DNA of 64,000 bases from an uncultured delta proteobacterium. Lineage in GTDB: Bacteria; Myxococcota_A; Polyangia; Polyangiales; Polyangiaceae. The first letter of the stretch is position 1. Every line of letters begins with the position of its first letter. Of this stretch, positions 37,802 through 48,054 are shown in pieces. Made by a program: the position numbers and the translations under genes. The stretch lies in NCBI GenBank assembly GCA_963827955.1, contig CAWHDJ010000018.1, positions 1,373,297 to 1,437,296 of the forward strand, given 5' to 3'. Below the pieces are notes generated by a model. That model worked only from the letters and a program-made list of their open reading frames with translations. It did not search any database and was not told the DNA's origin.

Positions 37802-39325
37802 TCAGCCGTGCGCCGCGGCGCGGCGCCGGGAGGCGATCTCCTCGGCGTCACGGGTGAGGCGGTTCCGGTCGGGTTTGTTCGTCGCGGCGAGCGGGATGTC
37901 CTTCACGACCTCGACGAAGCGGGGATGGGCGAACGCGGGGCCGTTCGCGATCGCGAACGCCTTCACCACCCCCTCGTCGAGGGCCGCGCCGGGCGCAGGC
38001 ACGACGAAGGCGAAGGGCAGCGCGCCCTTGATTCTCGTCCGACACGGGGACGACCAGCGCCTGATGGACGCCCGGCATGCGCTCGAGCAGGCGCTCGACC
38101 TCGCCGGGCCAGAGGTTCTCGCCCCCGACCACGAACATGTCGTCCGCCCTGCCGACGAAGGAGTAGAAGCCGTCGGCGTCGCGCCGCATGATGTCGCCCG
38201 ATTGGTACCAGCCGTCGCGCATCACCTCGGCCGTCCGCTCCGGCAGGCCGTGGTAGCCGTTCATGAGCATCGGGCCCCGCATGTAGAGCACGCCCTCGTC
38301 GGCCGAGGGCCCCTCACGCAACGCCACCTCGGACCCTTCGGTGGGGTAGCCGACCGAGAGGGGAGGGCAGGGGAGCCCGTCCGGATGGTCGAAGAAGGGC
38401 AGCGGTCCGGCCTCGGTCGTGCCGTAGCCGTTCTCGACGCTCGCGCGCGGGAACATCGCCTGCACCTTGTCGACGAGCGCTTGCGTGAGCGGCGCGGAGC
38501 CCATCGTCACGCCCTGGACCGACGAGAAATCGGGGGAGAGCCCGCGGGCGACCTCGCGCGCCACGAGCGCCAGCATCGTCGGCACGCTCGTCAGCCACGT
38601 CACCCGGAAGCGCTCGACCGCGCGGGCGTAGAGCCGCGCGTCGAAGGCGGGCATGAGCACGACGCTGCCCCCCGTCGCCAGCGCGTGCGCCACGCTGAAG
38701 GTCGCGTTCATGTGGAAGAGCGGCGCCGCCACGAGGTAGCGGTGACGGGCCCGCTCGCCGGAGCGGGCCAGGATGTGCTCGAGCGGCCAGCGCTGCGCGT
38801 CGTGGGAGAGGAGGACGCCCTTGGGCCGGCCCGTGGAGCCGGAGGTGTAGAGCACCATGCCGACCTCGCGCGGGCCGGGCTCTACCGTCTCGAAGCGACC
38901 CGCGCGCACGACGAAGGCGGCGTAGCCCGAGGGGTCGTCGAAGCCGATCCGCCGGATCCCGGACGGGCAGAGGGCCCGCCGCTCGCCGTCGTGGAAGACG
39001 GCGCGGAGCCCGGCGTCGCGCGCGATGGCATGGATGGTCTCGCGAGGGAGCTTGAACGAGACGGGCACGGCGACGAGCCCGGCGCGCATGGCGCCGAGCA
39101 TCGCGGCCAGCATCTCGAAGCGGTTGTGCGAGAGGATGCCTATCCGGTCGCCCCGCCGGAGCCCGGCGGCGAGGAGCCCGCGCGCCACCGCAGAGCACTC
39201 GTCGTCGAGCGCCCGGTACGTGATCACCGGCGGGTGGTCCCATTCGCGGAGATTGATGAGCGCCACCGCGTCGGGGGTGGCGGCGGCGTCGAAGCAGCGA
39301 CCGAGGTTCTTGGACGGGATGGGCA
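37802..39325 (-). CDS. AMP-dependent acyl-CoA synthetase/ligase (frameshift ~38010)
   Basis: MPIPSKNLGRC… LYTSGSTGRPKGV (AMP-binding motif) …GYGTTEAGP… …VVPVSDENQGR | …VKAFAIANGPAFAHPRFVEVVKDIPLAATNKPDRNRL…. Confidence 0.7.
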
Positions 39326-39397
39326 TGGGGGACGCGGGCAAGGACGGGAGGGATGGCACCTCGGCCCCCCACCGCAAGCTCCCCGGGGAGCGCGCCC

Positions 39398-42300
39398 TCA
39401 CGCGTCCGGGAACGCTTCCGCTTTCTTCTTTCCCAGGATCCACTCCCGCGCCGACTCCACCAGTACGTACAGGACCGGGATGAAGAAGAGGTTCATGAGC
39501 GTCGAAACGAGCATCCCGCCGAACACGGCCGTGCCGAGCGAGTGCCGCCCGCCGGACCCTGCCCCCGTCGCCACGAGCAGCGGAGACGCGCCGAGGAGGA
39601 ACGCGAACGACGTCATCAGGATGGGGCGGAGGCGGGTCTCGGCGGCCTCGATGGCCGCGTCGCCGAGGGCGCGGCCCTGCTCGCGGAGCTGGTTCGCGAA
39701 CTCGACGATCAGGATCGCGTTCTTGCTGGCGAGGCCGATCAGCATCACGAGCCCGACCTGGCAGAAGACGTCGTTCGGGTAGCCGCGGAGCCAGGCCGCG
39801 CCGAGCGCGCCGGCGACGGCGATGGGCACGGCCAGGATGACCACGAAGGGGAGCGCGAAGCTCTCGTACTGCGCGGCCAGGACCAGGAAGACGAAGAGCA
39901 GGCCGAGGCCGAAGATCAAGATGGCCTTGCCGCCCGACTCGATCTGCTCCCGCGAGATGCCGCTCCATTCGAAGCCCATCCCGCGTGGCAGCGTCTTCTT
40001 CGCCACCGCCTCCATCGCCTTCATCGCCTCCCCCGAGCTCACCCCTTCGGCCGGCGATCCGTTGATCTCCGTCGAACGGAAGAGGTTGTAGTGGTTGATG
40101 GTCGAGGCCGTCGTCGAGGGCTCCACCTTGAGCAGGCCCCCGAGCGGCACCATGGAGCCCGAGGCCGCGCGGACGTAGAAGCGCGACATGTCCGACGGGC
40201 TCTTCCGGTAGGGCTGGTCGGCCTGCACGTAGACGCGGTAGATGCGGTTGTTGAAGTCGAAGTCGTTGACGTAGGCCGAGCCCATCATCACCTGGAGCGT
40301 GGTGAAGACGTCGCTCACCGCGACGCCCAGCGCCTTGGTCTTGAGCCGGTCGAGGTCGACGACGAGCTGCGGGTCGTTGGCGGTGAAGGGGGAGAAGACG
40401 CCGCGGAGCGCAGGGACCTTGTTGCCCTCCGCCGTGATCTCGCTCATCGCGTTCGCGAGGTCGTGGAGCGTGCCCTGCCCCGACCGGTCCTCCAGCTCGA
40501 ACGCGAAGCCGCCGAAGTTGCCGACGCCCTGGATCGACGGCGGGTTGAAGGGGAACGCCATCGCGCCCGAGATGCCCATGAGCGGGCCGCGGAGGCGGTC
40601 GACGATGGCGCTGGCGGTGTGATCCGCGCCCCGCCGCTCTGCCCAGGGCTTGAGGTTGATGAAGAGGATGCCCTTGTTGGGCCCGCTGCCGCCGAACGAG
40701 AAGCCGCCGACGGAGAAGACGCCCTCGATCTCCGGCTGCTTGTCGAGCACGTCCTCGACGCCCTTCACCGCCTCCTCGGTGTGCGAGAGCGAGCTGCCCT
40801 CGGGCCCCTGTACGATTGCGATGATGTAGCCCTGGTCCTCGTCGGGGACGAAGCCGCCGGGGACGCGCTGCACGAGCACGTACGTGCCGCCGAGCGCGGC
40901 GACGAACGCGACTGCGACGAGGAGCCTGCCGCGCACGAGCACGGTGAGGGTCCTGGCGTAGCCGCGGCGGAGGCCGGCGATGGCGGCGTCGACGCCGCGG
41001 AAGAAGAGGTTCTTGTGCTCGGGCGCGGCGCGGAGGAGCAGCGCGCCGAGGGCCGGGGAGAGGGTGAGGGAGTTGAAGGCGGAGATGCCGACGGAGAACG
41101 CGATGGTGAGGGAGAACTGCTGGTAGATGCGGCCCGTCGTGCCGGGGAAGAACGAGACGGGGACGAAGACGGCGATGAGGACGAGCGAGGTCGCGATGAC
41201 CGCGCCGAAGACCTCGCGCACGCCCTCGGCGGCGGCCTTGCGCGGGGAGAGGCCCTTCTCCTCGATGAAGCGCGAGACGTTCTCGACCACCACGATGGCG
41301 TCGTCGACGACGAGGCCGGTCGCGAGCGTGATGCCGAAGAGGGTGAGCGTGTTGATCGAGAAGTTGAACAGCTTGACGAAGGCGAACGTGCCGATGAGCG
41401 ACACCGGGATGGTGACGGCGGGGATGACGGTGACGCGCAGGCTCTGGAGGAAGACGAAGATGACCAGGATGACGAGGAGGATGGCCTCGCCGAGCGTGAC
41501 CAGCACCTCGCGGATCGACTCGCCGACGGCGAGCGTCGTGTCGAACGCGACCTTGTAGCGGAGGCCCGGCGGGAAGTTCCTGGAGAGGCGATCGATTTCC
41601 TTCTTCACGCGCTCGGCGACGTCGAGCGCGTTGGCGCCCGGGAGCTGCGTGATGCCGAGGCCGCAGGCCTTCTTGCCGTTGAAGCGGAGGAAGTCCGCGT
41701 ACCCCTCGGCCCCCAGCTCGGCGCGCCCGACGTCGCGCAGGCGCACGAGATCGCTGCCCCCCGTCCCGGCTCGCAGCACGATGTCCTCGAACTCGCTCGG
41801 CTCGGTGAGCCTGCCCTTGGCGAGGACGCTGAGCTGGTAGCTGAGCCCCGTGGGCGCAGGCGGGACGCCCACCGCGCCGGCGGCGACCTGCACGTTCTGC
41901 TCGAGCAGCGCGTTCACCACGTCGATGGCCGTGAGCCCGCGCGCCGCGAGGCGGTCCGGGTCGAGCCAGATGCGCATCGAGAACCGGCGCGAGCCGAAGA
42001 TCTGGACGTCGGCGACGCCCGAGACGCGCTTCAGCGCGTCGACCATGAAGACGTCGGCGTAGTTCGAGATGAACTGCTGGTCGTACCGCTCGTCGTCCGT
42101 GTAGAGCGCCGCCGCGAGGACGAACGAGCCCGCGTTCTTCCCGATGACGACGCCGGTCTGCTTCACCTCGTTGGGCAGGCGGCCCTGCGTGGCGCTGACG
42201 CGGTTCTGCACGTCGACGGCGGCGATGTCGACGTCCTTGTCGACGTCGAACGTGATGCTGATGTTGCTCGATCCGTCGCTGCCGCTCGACGATTCGATGT

Positions 42301-42532
42301 ACTTCATCCCCGGCACGCCGTTGATGGCCAGCTCGAGCGGCGTGGTGACGGCGGTCTCGACGACCTCGGCGCTCGCGCCCGTGTAGAACGACGAGACGGA
42401 GACCTGCGGGAGGGCGAGGTTCGGGTACTGCGCGACCGGGAGCGTCGGGATGCAGACGGCGCCGATGAGCGTGATCAGGATTGCGCAGACCGTCGCGAAG
42501 ACCGGCCGCCGGATGAAGAAGTCGACGAACAT
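39398..42532 (-). CDS. RND efflux transporter, AcrB/HAE1 family (1044 aa, intact)
   Basis: MFVDFFIRRPVFATVCAILITLIGAVCIPTLPVAQYPN… full length with two large periplasmic loops and 12 TM-like segments. Confidence 0.9.
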   Translation of the reverse strand: MFVDFFIRRPVFATVCAILITLIGAVCIPTLPVAQYPNLALPQVSVSSFYTGASAEVVETAVTTPLELAINGVPGMKYIESSSGSDGSSNISITFDVDKDVDIAAVDVQNRVSATQGRLPNEVKQTGVVIGKNAGSFVLAAALYTDDERYDQQFISNYADVFMVDALKRVSGVADVQIFGSRRFSMRIWLDPDRLAARGLTAIDVVNALLEQNVQVAAGAVGVPPAPTGLSYQLSVLAKGRLTEPSEFEDIVLRAGTGGSDLVRLRDVGRAELGAEGYADFLRFNGKKACGLGITQLPGANALDVAERVKKEIDRLSRNFPPGLRYKVAFDTTLAVGESIREVLVTLGEAILLVILVIFVFLQSLRVTVIPAVTIPVSLIGTFAFVKLFNFSINTLTLFGITLATGLVVDDAIVVVENVSRFIEEKGLSPRKAAAEGVREVFGAVIATSLVLIAVFVPVSFFPGTTGRIYQQFSLTIAFSVGISAFNSLTLSPALGALLLRAAPEHKNLFFRGVDAAIAGLRRGYARTLTVLVRGRLLVAVAFVAALGGTYVLVQRVPGGFVPDEDQGYIIAIVQGPEGSSLSHTEEAVKGVEDVLDKQPEIEGVFSVGGFSFGGSGPNKGILFINLKPWAERRGADHTASAIVDRLRGPLMGISGAMAFPFNPPSIQGVGNFGGFAFELEDRSGQGTLHDLANAMSEITAEGNKVPALRGVFSPFTANDPQLVVDLDRLKTKALGVAVSDVFTTLQVMMGSAYVNDFDFNNRIYRVYVQADQPYRKSPSDMSRFYVRAASGSMVPLGGLLKVEPSTTASTINHYNLFRSTEINGSPAEGVSSGEAMKAMEAVAKKTLPRGMGFEWSGISREQIESGGKAILIFGLGLLFVFLVLAAQYESFALPFVVILAVPIAVAGALGAAWLRGYPNDVFCQVGLVMLIGLASKNAILIVEFANQLREQGRALGDAAIEAAETRLRPILMTSFAFLLGASPLLVATGAGSGGRHSLGTAVFGGMLVSTLMNLFFIPVLYVLVESAREWILGKKKAEAFPDA

Positions 42533-43675
42533 TCAGGTTTTGGGTGTGTTCGGAGCGACGGGCGCGCCTTCGTGGAGCTTCTGCACCGCCGAGACGATGA
42601 CGCTCTCGCCGGGCTTGAGGCCGTCCTTGACCGCGTACGTGTTGCCGACGATGGCGCCGAGCGTGACCTTGCGCTGCTTGGCCACGAAACCCGCGCCGAC
42701 CGGGTGGGCCGGGGGGTTTGGGGGGTCCGGGTGGGTGGGAGGAGACGCGACTGGCTCCGCGACGTAGACGAAGGTCTGCCCCGACTGGCGCACGACCGCG
42801 AGCGTGGGCAGGAGCAGGCCGGGCTTGGTGCTCCAGACGACGCGGGCGCGGACCCACTGCGCGGCGCGCAGGCTCTGCGAATTGACGAAGAGGCCCTTGA
42901 TGAGGACGAGCTGGGTGTCGGCGTTGGCGTGGTCGGCGATGAAGGTGACGCCGCTGTCGGCGAGCACGGTGTCGCGCGAATCGAGCAGCTCGATGCGGGA
43001 GGTGGGCCCGAGCTCCGGCGCGCGCTCGACGGGCACGTAGACGTAGGCTTCCAGGGCGGCGTTCTGGTCCACCGTCGTCACGCTGGTCGACGTGGTCACG
43101 AGGTCGCCGAGCTTGACAGGCACGTCGCCCACCACGCCGTCGAAGGGCGCGGCGAGCGTGTAGAAGCGCAGCGTCGAGGCCTGCGCGTGGATCTGCGCCT
43201 CCGCCGCCTTGGTGTCGGCGGCGGCCACGTCCCTGTCGCTCATGGCCTGGTCGTAGTCCTGCTTGCTCATGAGCCCGTCGGAGAACAGCGTCGCCGCCCG
43301 CTTCGCCTTCTCCTCCGCGTTCTTGAGCGTCGCGTCCTTGAGCTTCTTCGTCGCGACGCTCTGCTCGAGCGTCGCCTGCTGCTGGCTCGGGTCGACCTCC
43401 ACGAGCGGCGCCCCCGCCTTCACCCGCTCCCCGGGCTTGACGAAGATGCGGCTCACGTGGCCGACCACCTGCGGGTAGAGCGCGACCGACGATTGCGAGA
43501 CGAGCGTGGCCAGGAACTCCGAGGTGTCGCGCACGGGCACGTGCTGCATCACGAGGACGTCGACCGGGAGCGGCGGAGGCTTCGCCTCGGCGGGCTCGCC
43601 GGCGGCATCCCTCGGCTTGCAGGCGGCCGCGGAGAGCGCGATCGCGAGGAGAAGGACGGCAAGGACGCGGGGCAT
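42533..43675 (-). CDS. RND efflux periplasmic adaptor (membrane-fusion protein), lipoprotein
   Basis: MPRVLAVLLLAIALSAAACK lipobox, biotinyl/lipoyl-like and beta-barrel segments. Stop/start overlap with the RND gene. Confidence 0.85.
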   Translation of the reverse strand: MPRVLAVLLLAIALSAAACKPRDAAGEPAEAKPPPLPVDVLVMQHVPVRDTSEFLATLVSQSSVALYPQVVGHVSRIFVKPGERVKAGAPLVEVDPSQQQATLEQSVATKKLKDATLKNAEEKAKRAATLFSDGLMSKQDYDQAMSDRDVAAADTKAAEAQIHAQASTLRFYTLAAPFDGVVGDVPVKLGDLVTTSTSVTTVDQNAALEAYVYVPVERAPELGPTSRIELLDSRDTVLADSGVTFIADHANADTQLVLIKGLFVNSQSLRAAQWVRARVVWSTKPGLLLPTLAVVRQSGQTFVYVAEPVASPPTHPDPPNPPAHPVGAGFVAKQRKVTLGAIVGNTYAVKDGLKPGESVIVSAVQKLHEGAPVAPNTPKT

Positions 43676-43996
43676 GGGTCGAGGCTTTGCTGGCGCGGGT
43701 CCGTCCTGCCGGCAAGGGGCGCGGTGGGAAAGGCTGGGATCTGCCGCAGGTCGTGAGGCCCGCCATGGGAGGCGGTTGCCGCTGCGCGCGGATGTGAAGG
43801 CGCGGGCTTCCTCGCCGCGCGCGTCGTCGTCGCTTCCCTCGTGGTCTTCTTGGCGACCATCGTGGTCACTCGTGGTACCGGCTCTCGACTCACACCGAGC
43901 ACGACATCGCCCGGGACGCCGCGGCGCATCATGGCCCGCTGTTTGCCCTCGAAATCCTCTTGAAGCGCCCGTCGCGCCCGCATTACGGACGATCGC

Positions 43997-44638
43997 ATGG
44001 AGCCGATCGTCAACTGGGCGCTCACGTTCATGCTGGCGTGGGCGCCGCCCGGGCGCAGCCTGATCAAGGACGCGATCGAGACCCCCGAAGAGGGCACGGC
44101 GCGCTACGCCGCGATCGCGCAGGCGGCCACGCGCGTCGCGTTCGACCCTGCGTCCAAGCCCCTGGTGCACGGGCCGCGCGCGCGGACGCAGACGCTCGCC
44201 ATCATGCTCTCGGTCGCGTACCACGAGAGCGGCTTCCGCCGCGACGTGGACCTTGGCATCGGCAGGCTCGCCCGCGGGTCGGGCCTGGACTCGTGCTTGA
44301 TGCAGATCCGCGTCGGGCGCGGGAGGACGGAGGAGGGGTACTCGCACGCCGAGCTCGTCGCCGACCGCGACAAGTGCTTCCGCGTCGGGCTCCGCCTCCT
44401 CCGCCGATCCATCGGCGCGTGCAGGAGCTTGCCGCCGCTCGACTGGCTGAGCGCGTACGCACGCGGGCAGTGCGTCCCCGACGACCCGACGTCGCACGCG
44501 TTGATGGGGCCGGCGTTGCGCGTTCGCCCCGCGCCGCTGGACGATGTGCACGCGTTCGCCGCCGTGGCCGGTCCCGACGCGGGGAGCCCACCCATGCCCC
44601 CGGGCCCAGCCGGTCCCGAGGGCAAACCCGGCTCGTAA
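43997..44638 (+). CDS. hypothetical protein (213 aa)
   Basis: Non-repetitive, protein-like composition (MEPIVNWALTFMLAWAPPGRSLIKDAIETPEEGTARYAAIAQAATRVAFDP…). Confidence 0.5.
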   Translation: MEPIVNWALTFMLAWAPPGRSLIKDAIETPEEGTARYAAIAQAATRVAFDPASKPLVHGPRARTQTLAIMLSVAYHESGFRRDVDLGIGRLARGSGLDSCLMQIRVGRGRTEEGYSHAELVADRDKCFRVGLRLLRRSIGACRSLPPLDWLSAYARGQCVPDDPTSHALMGPALRVRPAPLDDVHAFAAVAGPDAGSPPMPPGPAGPEGKPGS

Positions 44639-44646
44639 CTTCGTGA

Positions 44647-45498
44647 TCACCCGCGCGGCGCGAGGGGTGAGGCCTCCGTTCTGATGTGCAGGTCGCGCTG
44701 GGGGAATGGGATCTCGATGCCAGCCTCGCGGAAGGCGGCGTCGATCGCGAAGCGGAGGTCGCTCGTCACGACCTCGTCGCTGAACGGGTCGTCCAGCCAG
44801 ACGCAGAGCTCGAAGCTGAGGGCGCTGTCGGCGAAATCGCGGAAGTAGACCTCCGGCGGGTGGTCCACGAGCACGCGCGCGTCGCGCCGGGCGACGGAGA
44901 GCAGGGTCTCCTTGACGAGCGCCGTGTCGCTCCCGTACGCGGCGCCCACGGCCACGCGCGCGCGGTAGACCGAGGTCGGCGCGCTCAGGTTGACGACGCG
45001 GCTCGTGATCAAATCGCTGTTGGGCACGATGATGGCTACGCCGTCACGCGTGCTGATCCGGGTCGCGCGCATCGCGATCTCGTCCACGATCCCGACCGTG
45101 TCGCCCGTGCGCACGACGTCGCCCTGCTTCACCGGGCTCTCGATGAGCAGGATGAGCCCGCTCACGAAGTTCTGCACGATGTTCTGCATGCCGAAGCCGA
45201 CGCCGACCGAGAGGAAGGCGCCGAGCGCGGCGATCGATTTCAGCGAGATGCCGAAGTTGTCGAGGCCGACCGCGACGATCGCGAAGACGACGATGTACTG
45301 GGCGATGCGCGCGACCGCGTACGCCGAGCCCTCGTCGCCGCGTCTGCTGAGGAAGCGCTTCGCGAGGCGCTTCACCCACTGACCCACGATCACCGCGATG
45401 CCCATGGACGCGACGAGCGCGATGATGGCCTCGAGCGTGACCGGCGTGCCGGAGAGGTGGAACAGCTCGGTGTGGAGGTTGATGGGAGGGGTGGGCAC
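44647..45498 (-). CDS. MscS-family mechanosensitive channel
   Basis: Three TM helices then the MscS beta-domain: …GMQNIVQNFVSGLILLIESPVKQGDVVRTGDTVGIVDEIAMRATRISTRDGVAIIVPNSDL…. Confidence 0.85.
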   Translation of the reverse strand: MPTPPINLHTELFHLSGTPVTLEAIIALVASMGIAVIVGQWVKRLAKRFLSRRGDEGSAYAVARIAQYIVVFAIVAVGLDNFGISLKSIAALGAFLSVGVGFGMQNIVQNFVSGLILLIESPVKQGDVVRTGDTVGIVDEIAMRATRISTRDGVAIIVPNSDLITSRVVNLSAPTSVYRARVAVGAAYGSDTALVKETLLSVARRDARVLVDHPPEVYFRDFADSALSFELCVWLDDPFSDEVVTSDLRFAIDAAFREAGIEIPFPQRDLHIRTEASPLAPRG

Positions 45499-45589
45499 GC
45501 CGGGATGGATGCTAAAGGATTTTTGGGGTTGTCAGCCGTCGGCCGTTCGGCTTGCTGACAGCCGACGGCACCCCTGGCAGCATGTCGCG

Positions 45590-46288
45590 GTGTCGCGCGC
45601 GCACCGCCTGCTCCGCCTGGTCCAGCTCCTGCGCCGGCACCGGCAGCCCGTCAGCGCCTCCGCGATCGCGGAGGAGCTCGGGGTATCCATCCGCTCGGTG
45701 TACCGAGATATCGACGCGCTGCGGGAGCAGGGCGCCAGCATTGAGGGGGCGGCGGGGGTGGGCTTCGTGCTTCGCCCGGGGTTCGTGCTCCCCCCGCTCA
45801 TGTTCACGGACGAGGAGCTGGAGGCCGTCGTCCTCGGCCTGCGGCTCACCGCCGAGCACGGCGACGAGGCACTCGGGCGCGCGGCGGCCGACGTGGTGGC
45901 GAAGCTCCGGGCCGTGCTCCCGCGCGACCTCAAGGCGCTCGTGGACGAGACCGCGCTCCTGGCCGGGCCCTCGCGGGCGCGCCCCCCCGAGCGGATCGAC
46001 CTGGCCGATGTGCGGCGGTGCATCCGCGGGCAGCGCAAGGCGCAGATCACGTACGCCGACGGGCGCGGCGCCGAGACGGAGCGGGTGGTGTGGCCCATCG
46101 CCCTCGGGTTCTTCGAGCGGGCGCGGGTGGTCGTGGCCTTCTGCGAGGCGCGCGCCGACTTCCGATCTTTCCGGGCCGACCGGATTGCGCGCTGGGCGAC
46201 GCTTCCAGAGCGCTTCGACCGGCCGCGCGCCGCGCTCCTCGCCGAGTGGCGGGGGCGGGAGCGCATCCCGGCCCAGCTCCCGGGGTGA
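45590..46288 (+). CDS. YafY-family transcriptional regulator (DeoR-type HTH plus WYL domain)
   Basis: GTG start. …RLLRLVQLLRRHRQPVSASAIAEELGVSIRSVYRDIDAL… (HTH_11) and …ITYADGRGAETERVVWPIALGFFERARVVVAFCEARADFRSFRADRI… (WYL). Confidence 0.75.
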   Translation: MSRAHRLLRLVQLLRRHRQPVSASAIAEELGVSIRSVYRDIDALREQGASIEGAAGVGFVLRPGFVLPPLMFTDEELEAVVLGLRLTAEHGDEALGRAAADVVAKLRAVLPRDLKALVDETALLAGPSRARPPERIDLADVRRCIRGQRKAQITYADGRGAETERVVWPIALGFFERARVVVAFCEARADFRSFRADRIARWATLPERFDRPRAALLAEWRGRERIPAQLPG

Positions 46289-46398
46289 ACCGGGCGGGGA
46301 GCCGGGCGGCGGCCTGCTGACAGAAACTGTCACGACCGGGATCCATCCTCTCGCTCGTCCCGGGCCACCACTTCCCCGGGGCATCCGGAGAGCGTCCC

Positions 46399-46767
46399 AT
46401 GATCGATCCCTCCTTCGTGCTCGTCTACGTCACCGACCCCACCGCCAGCGCCGCGTTCTACGCAGGTATCCTGGGCCGCGAGCCCGTGGAAGCGTCGCCC
46501 AACTTCGTCATGTTCGCGCTCAAGGAGGGGGTGATGCTCGGGCTCTGGGCGCGCCACGAGGTCGCGCCCCAGGCCACGGCGCCCGGCGGCGCGGAGATCG
46601 GCTTCACCGTCGCCGGCCGCGGCGAGGTCGACGCCACCTTCGCGAAGTGGAAGGAGCGCGGCATGGTGATCGCGCAGCCGCCGACGAAGCTCGATTTCGG
46701 GTACACGTTCGTCGCGCTGGATCCCGACGGCCACCGGCTCCGCGTCTTCGTCCCCGAAGGGCCGTGA
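46399..46767 (+). CDS. VOC/glyoxalase-family protein (122 aa)
   Basis: MIDPSFVLVYVTDPTASAAFYAGILGREPVE…GYTFVALDPDGHRLRVFVPEGP. Confidence 0.75.
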   Translation: MIDPSFVLVYVTDPTASAAFYAGILGREPVEASPNFVMFALKEGVMLGLWARHEVAPQATAPGGAEIGFTVAGRGEVDATFAKWKERGMVIAQPPTKLDFGYTFVALDPDGHRLRVFVPEGP

Positions 46768-46780
46768 CGAGAGACTGAAA

Positions 46781-46856
46781 AACCGCCAAGACGCCAAGAC
46801 GCCAACAAGATGATTTCTTCTTTGCTTTTGGCGTCTTGGCGTCTTGGCGGTTCAAC
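46781..46856. terminator. long hairpin (22-bp perfect stem CCGCCAAGACGCCAAGACGCCA…, AT-rich 25-nt loop): probable factor-independent terminator / bidirectional stop
   Basis: AAAAACCGCCAAGACGCCAAGACGCCAACAAGATGATTTCTTCTTTGCTTTTGGCGTCTTGGCGTCTTGGCGGTTCAAC sits immediately 3' of the VOC stop. The stem is built from two tandem GCCAAGAC octamers. Confidence 0.6.
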
Positions 46857-46942
46857 TCCGGACAGCTCTTGAGTGAATCCCTCCCGAGCCCGATCCCCTC
46901 TCGATTTCGGGCTCGGGCTCGGGCTGAGGTAGCATGCGGGGC

Positions 46943-48001
46943 ATGCACATCGCCGTGCTCACCTCGGGGGGCGACGCCCCTGGAATGAACGCCGCCATCC
47001 GGACCATCGCGGTGGCCGGCATCGCGCGGGGCCACAAGGTCACGGGGATCCGCCGCGGGTACCAGGGGCTGCTCGAGGGTGACACCACGGAGATCACGCT
47101 GCCCGGCATCGTCGGGATCACGCACCAGGGCGGGACGATCCTCGGCTCGTCCCGCTCCGCCGAGTTCCCGACCCCCGAGGGCCAGGCGCGCGCGCGGGCG
47201 CGGCTCGCGGCGATGGGCGCCGACGCGCTCGTCGTCATCGGTGGGAACGGGTCGCTGACGGGCGCGCACCTGCTCGCACGCGATCGCCCGTGCACGATCG
47301 TGGGCCTGCCGGCGTCCATCGACAACGACATCGGCTGCTCGGGCCTGAGCATCGGGGTGGACTCGGCGGTCAACACGATCGTCGAGGCCTGCGACCGCAT
47401 CTCGGACACCGCGCGCGCCCATCGCCGCGCCTTCATCGTCGAGGTGATGGGCCGGCGGTGCGGGTTCCTCGCGATGCGGGCGGGGCTCGCGGCCGAGGCG
47501 GACGCGATCCTCTATGGCGAGAGCGGCCTGGGCGAGGACGAGCTCGTGGCGCGGTTGCGCGAGGTCCTCCGGCGCGCGTTCGGCCCCGACGGATACAAGC
47601 AGCGCGCCCTCATCGTGAAGAGCGAGGGCGTCTCCGTCCCCGCCGCGCGCCTCGCGAAGCGGCTCGCCGACCACCTCGCCGACGACGCGCCCGGCGTCGA
47701 CATCCGCGAGACCGTGCTCGGCCACGTGGTCCGCGGCGGCAACCCGACCGCGCTCGACCGCGTGATCGCGCAGCGCGTCGGCTTCGCCGCCGTGGTCGGC
47801 TGCGAGCGCGGCGCGCACGACGTCATGATGGCCTGGGAGCCCCCCGGCGGCGCCGGCGCGGAGACGGCCGACCCCTCGGTGCGCGCCGTGCCCATCGCCG
47901 AGGTGCTCGCCGAGACGGAGCGCCTCCTCGACGGGACGAGCCCGGTCATCAGGAAGCGCATGGAGCTGCTCTCCCAGGTCGAGCACCTGCTCGTGGCCTG
48001 A
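46943..48001 (+). CDS. pfkA: ATP-dependent 6-phosphofructokinase
   Basis: MHIAVLTSGGDAPGMNAAIR…GGNGSLTGA…MGRRCGFLA… are the PFK family signatures. Confidence 0.9.
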   Translation: MHIAVLTSGGDAPGMNAAIRTIAVAGIARGHKVTGIRRGYQGLLEGDTTEITLPGIVGITHQGGTILGSSRSAEFPTPEGQARARARLAAMGADALVVIGGNGSLTGAHLLARDRPCTIVGLPASIDNDIGCSGLSIGVDSAVNTIVEACDRISDTARAHRRAFIVEVMGRRCGFLAMRAGLAAEADAILYGESGLGEDELVARLREVLRRAFGPDGYKQRALIVKSEGVSVPAARLAKRLADHLADDAPGVDIRETVLGHVVRGGNPTALDRVIAQRVGFAAVVGCERGAHDVMMAWEPPGGAGAETADPSVRAVPIAEVLAETERLLDGTSPVIRKRMELLSQVEHLLVA

Positions 48002-48054
48002 AACCACTTCCGGCCCTGTCCGCGCCCCGCGAGCGCCCCTACCTCGTCCCCCGC

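Noticed and set aside
37848-43766. 1972-aa ORF on the minus strand, plus similar giant ORFs at 2100-3998, 7136-8800, 8797-10755, 8808-10913, 31503-33464 and 47290-49581
   Set aside because: Arg/Ala/Pro/Gly-rich translations typical of out-of-frame or antisense reading of 72% GC DNA. The real genes (RND, MFP, ACS, kinase, RT etc.) occupy other frames of the same DNA.
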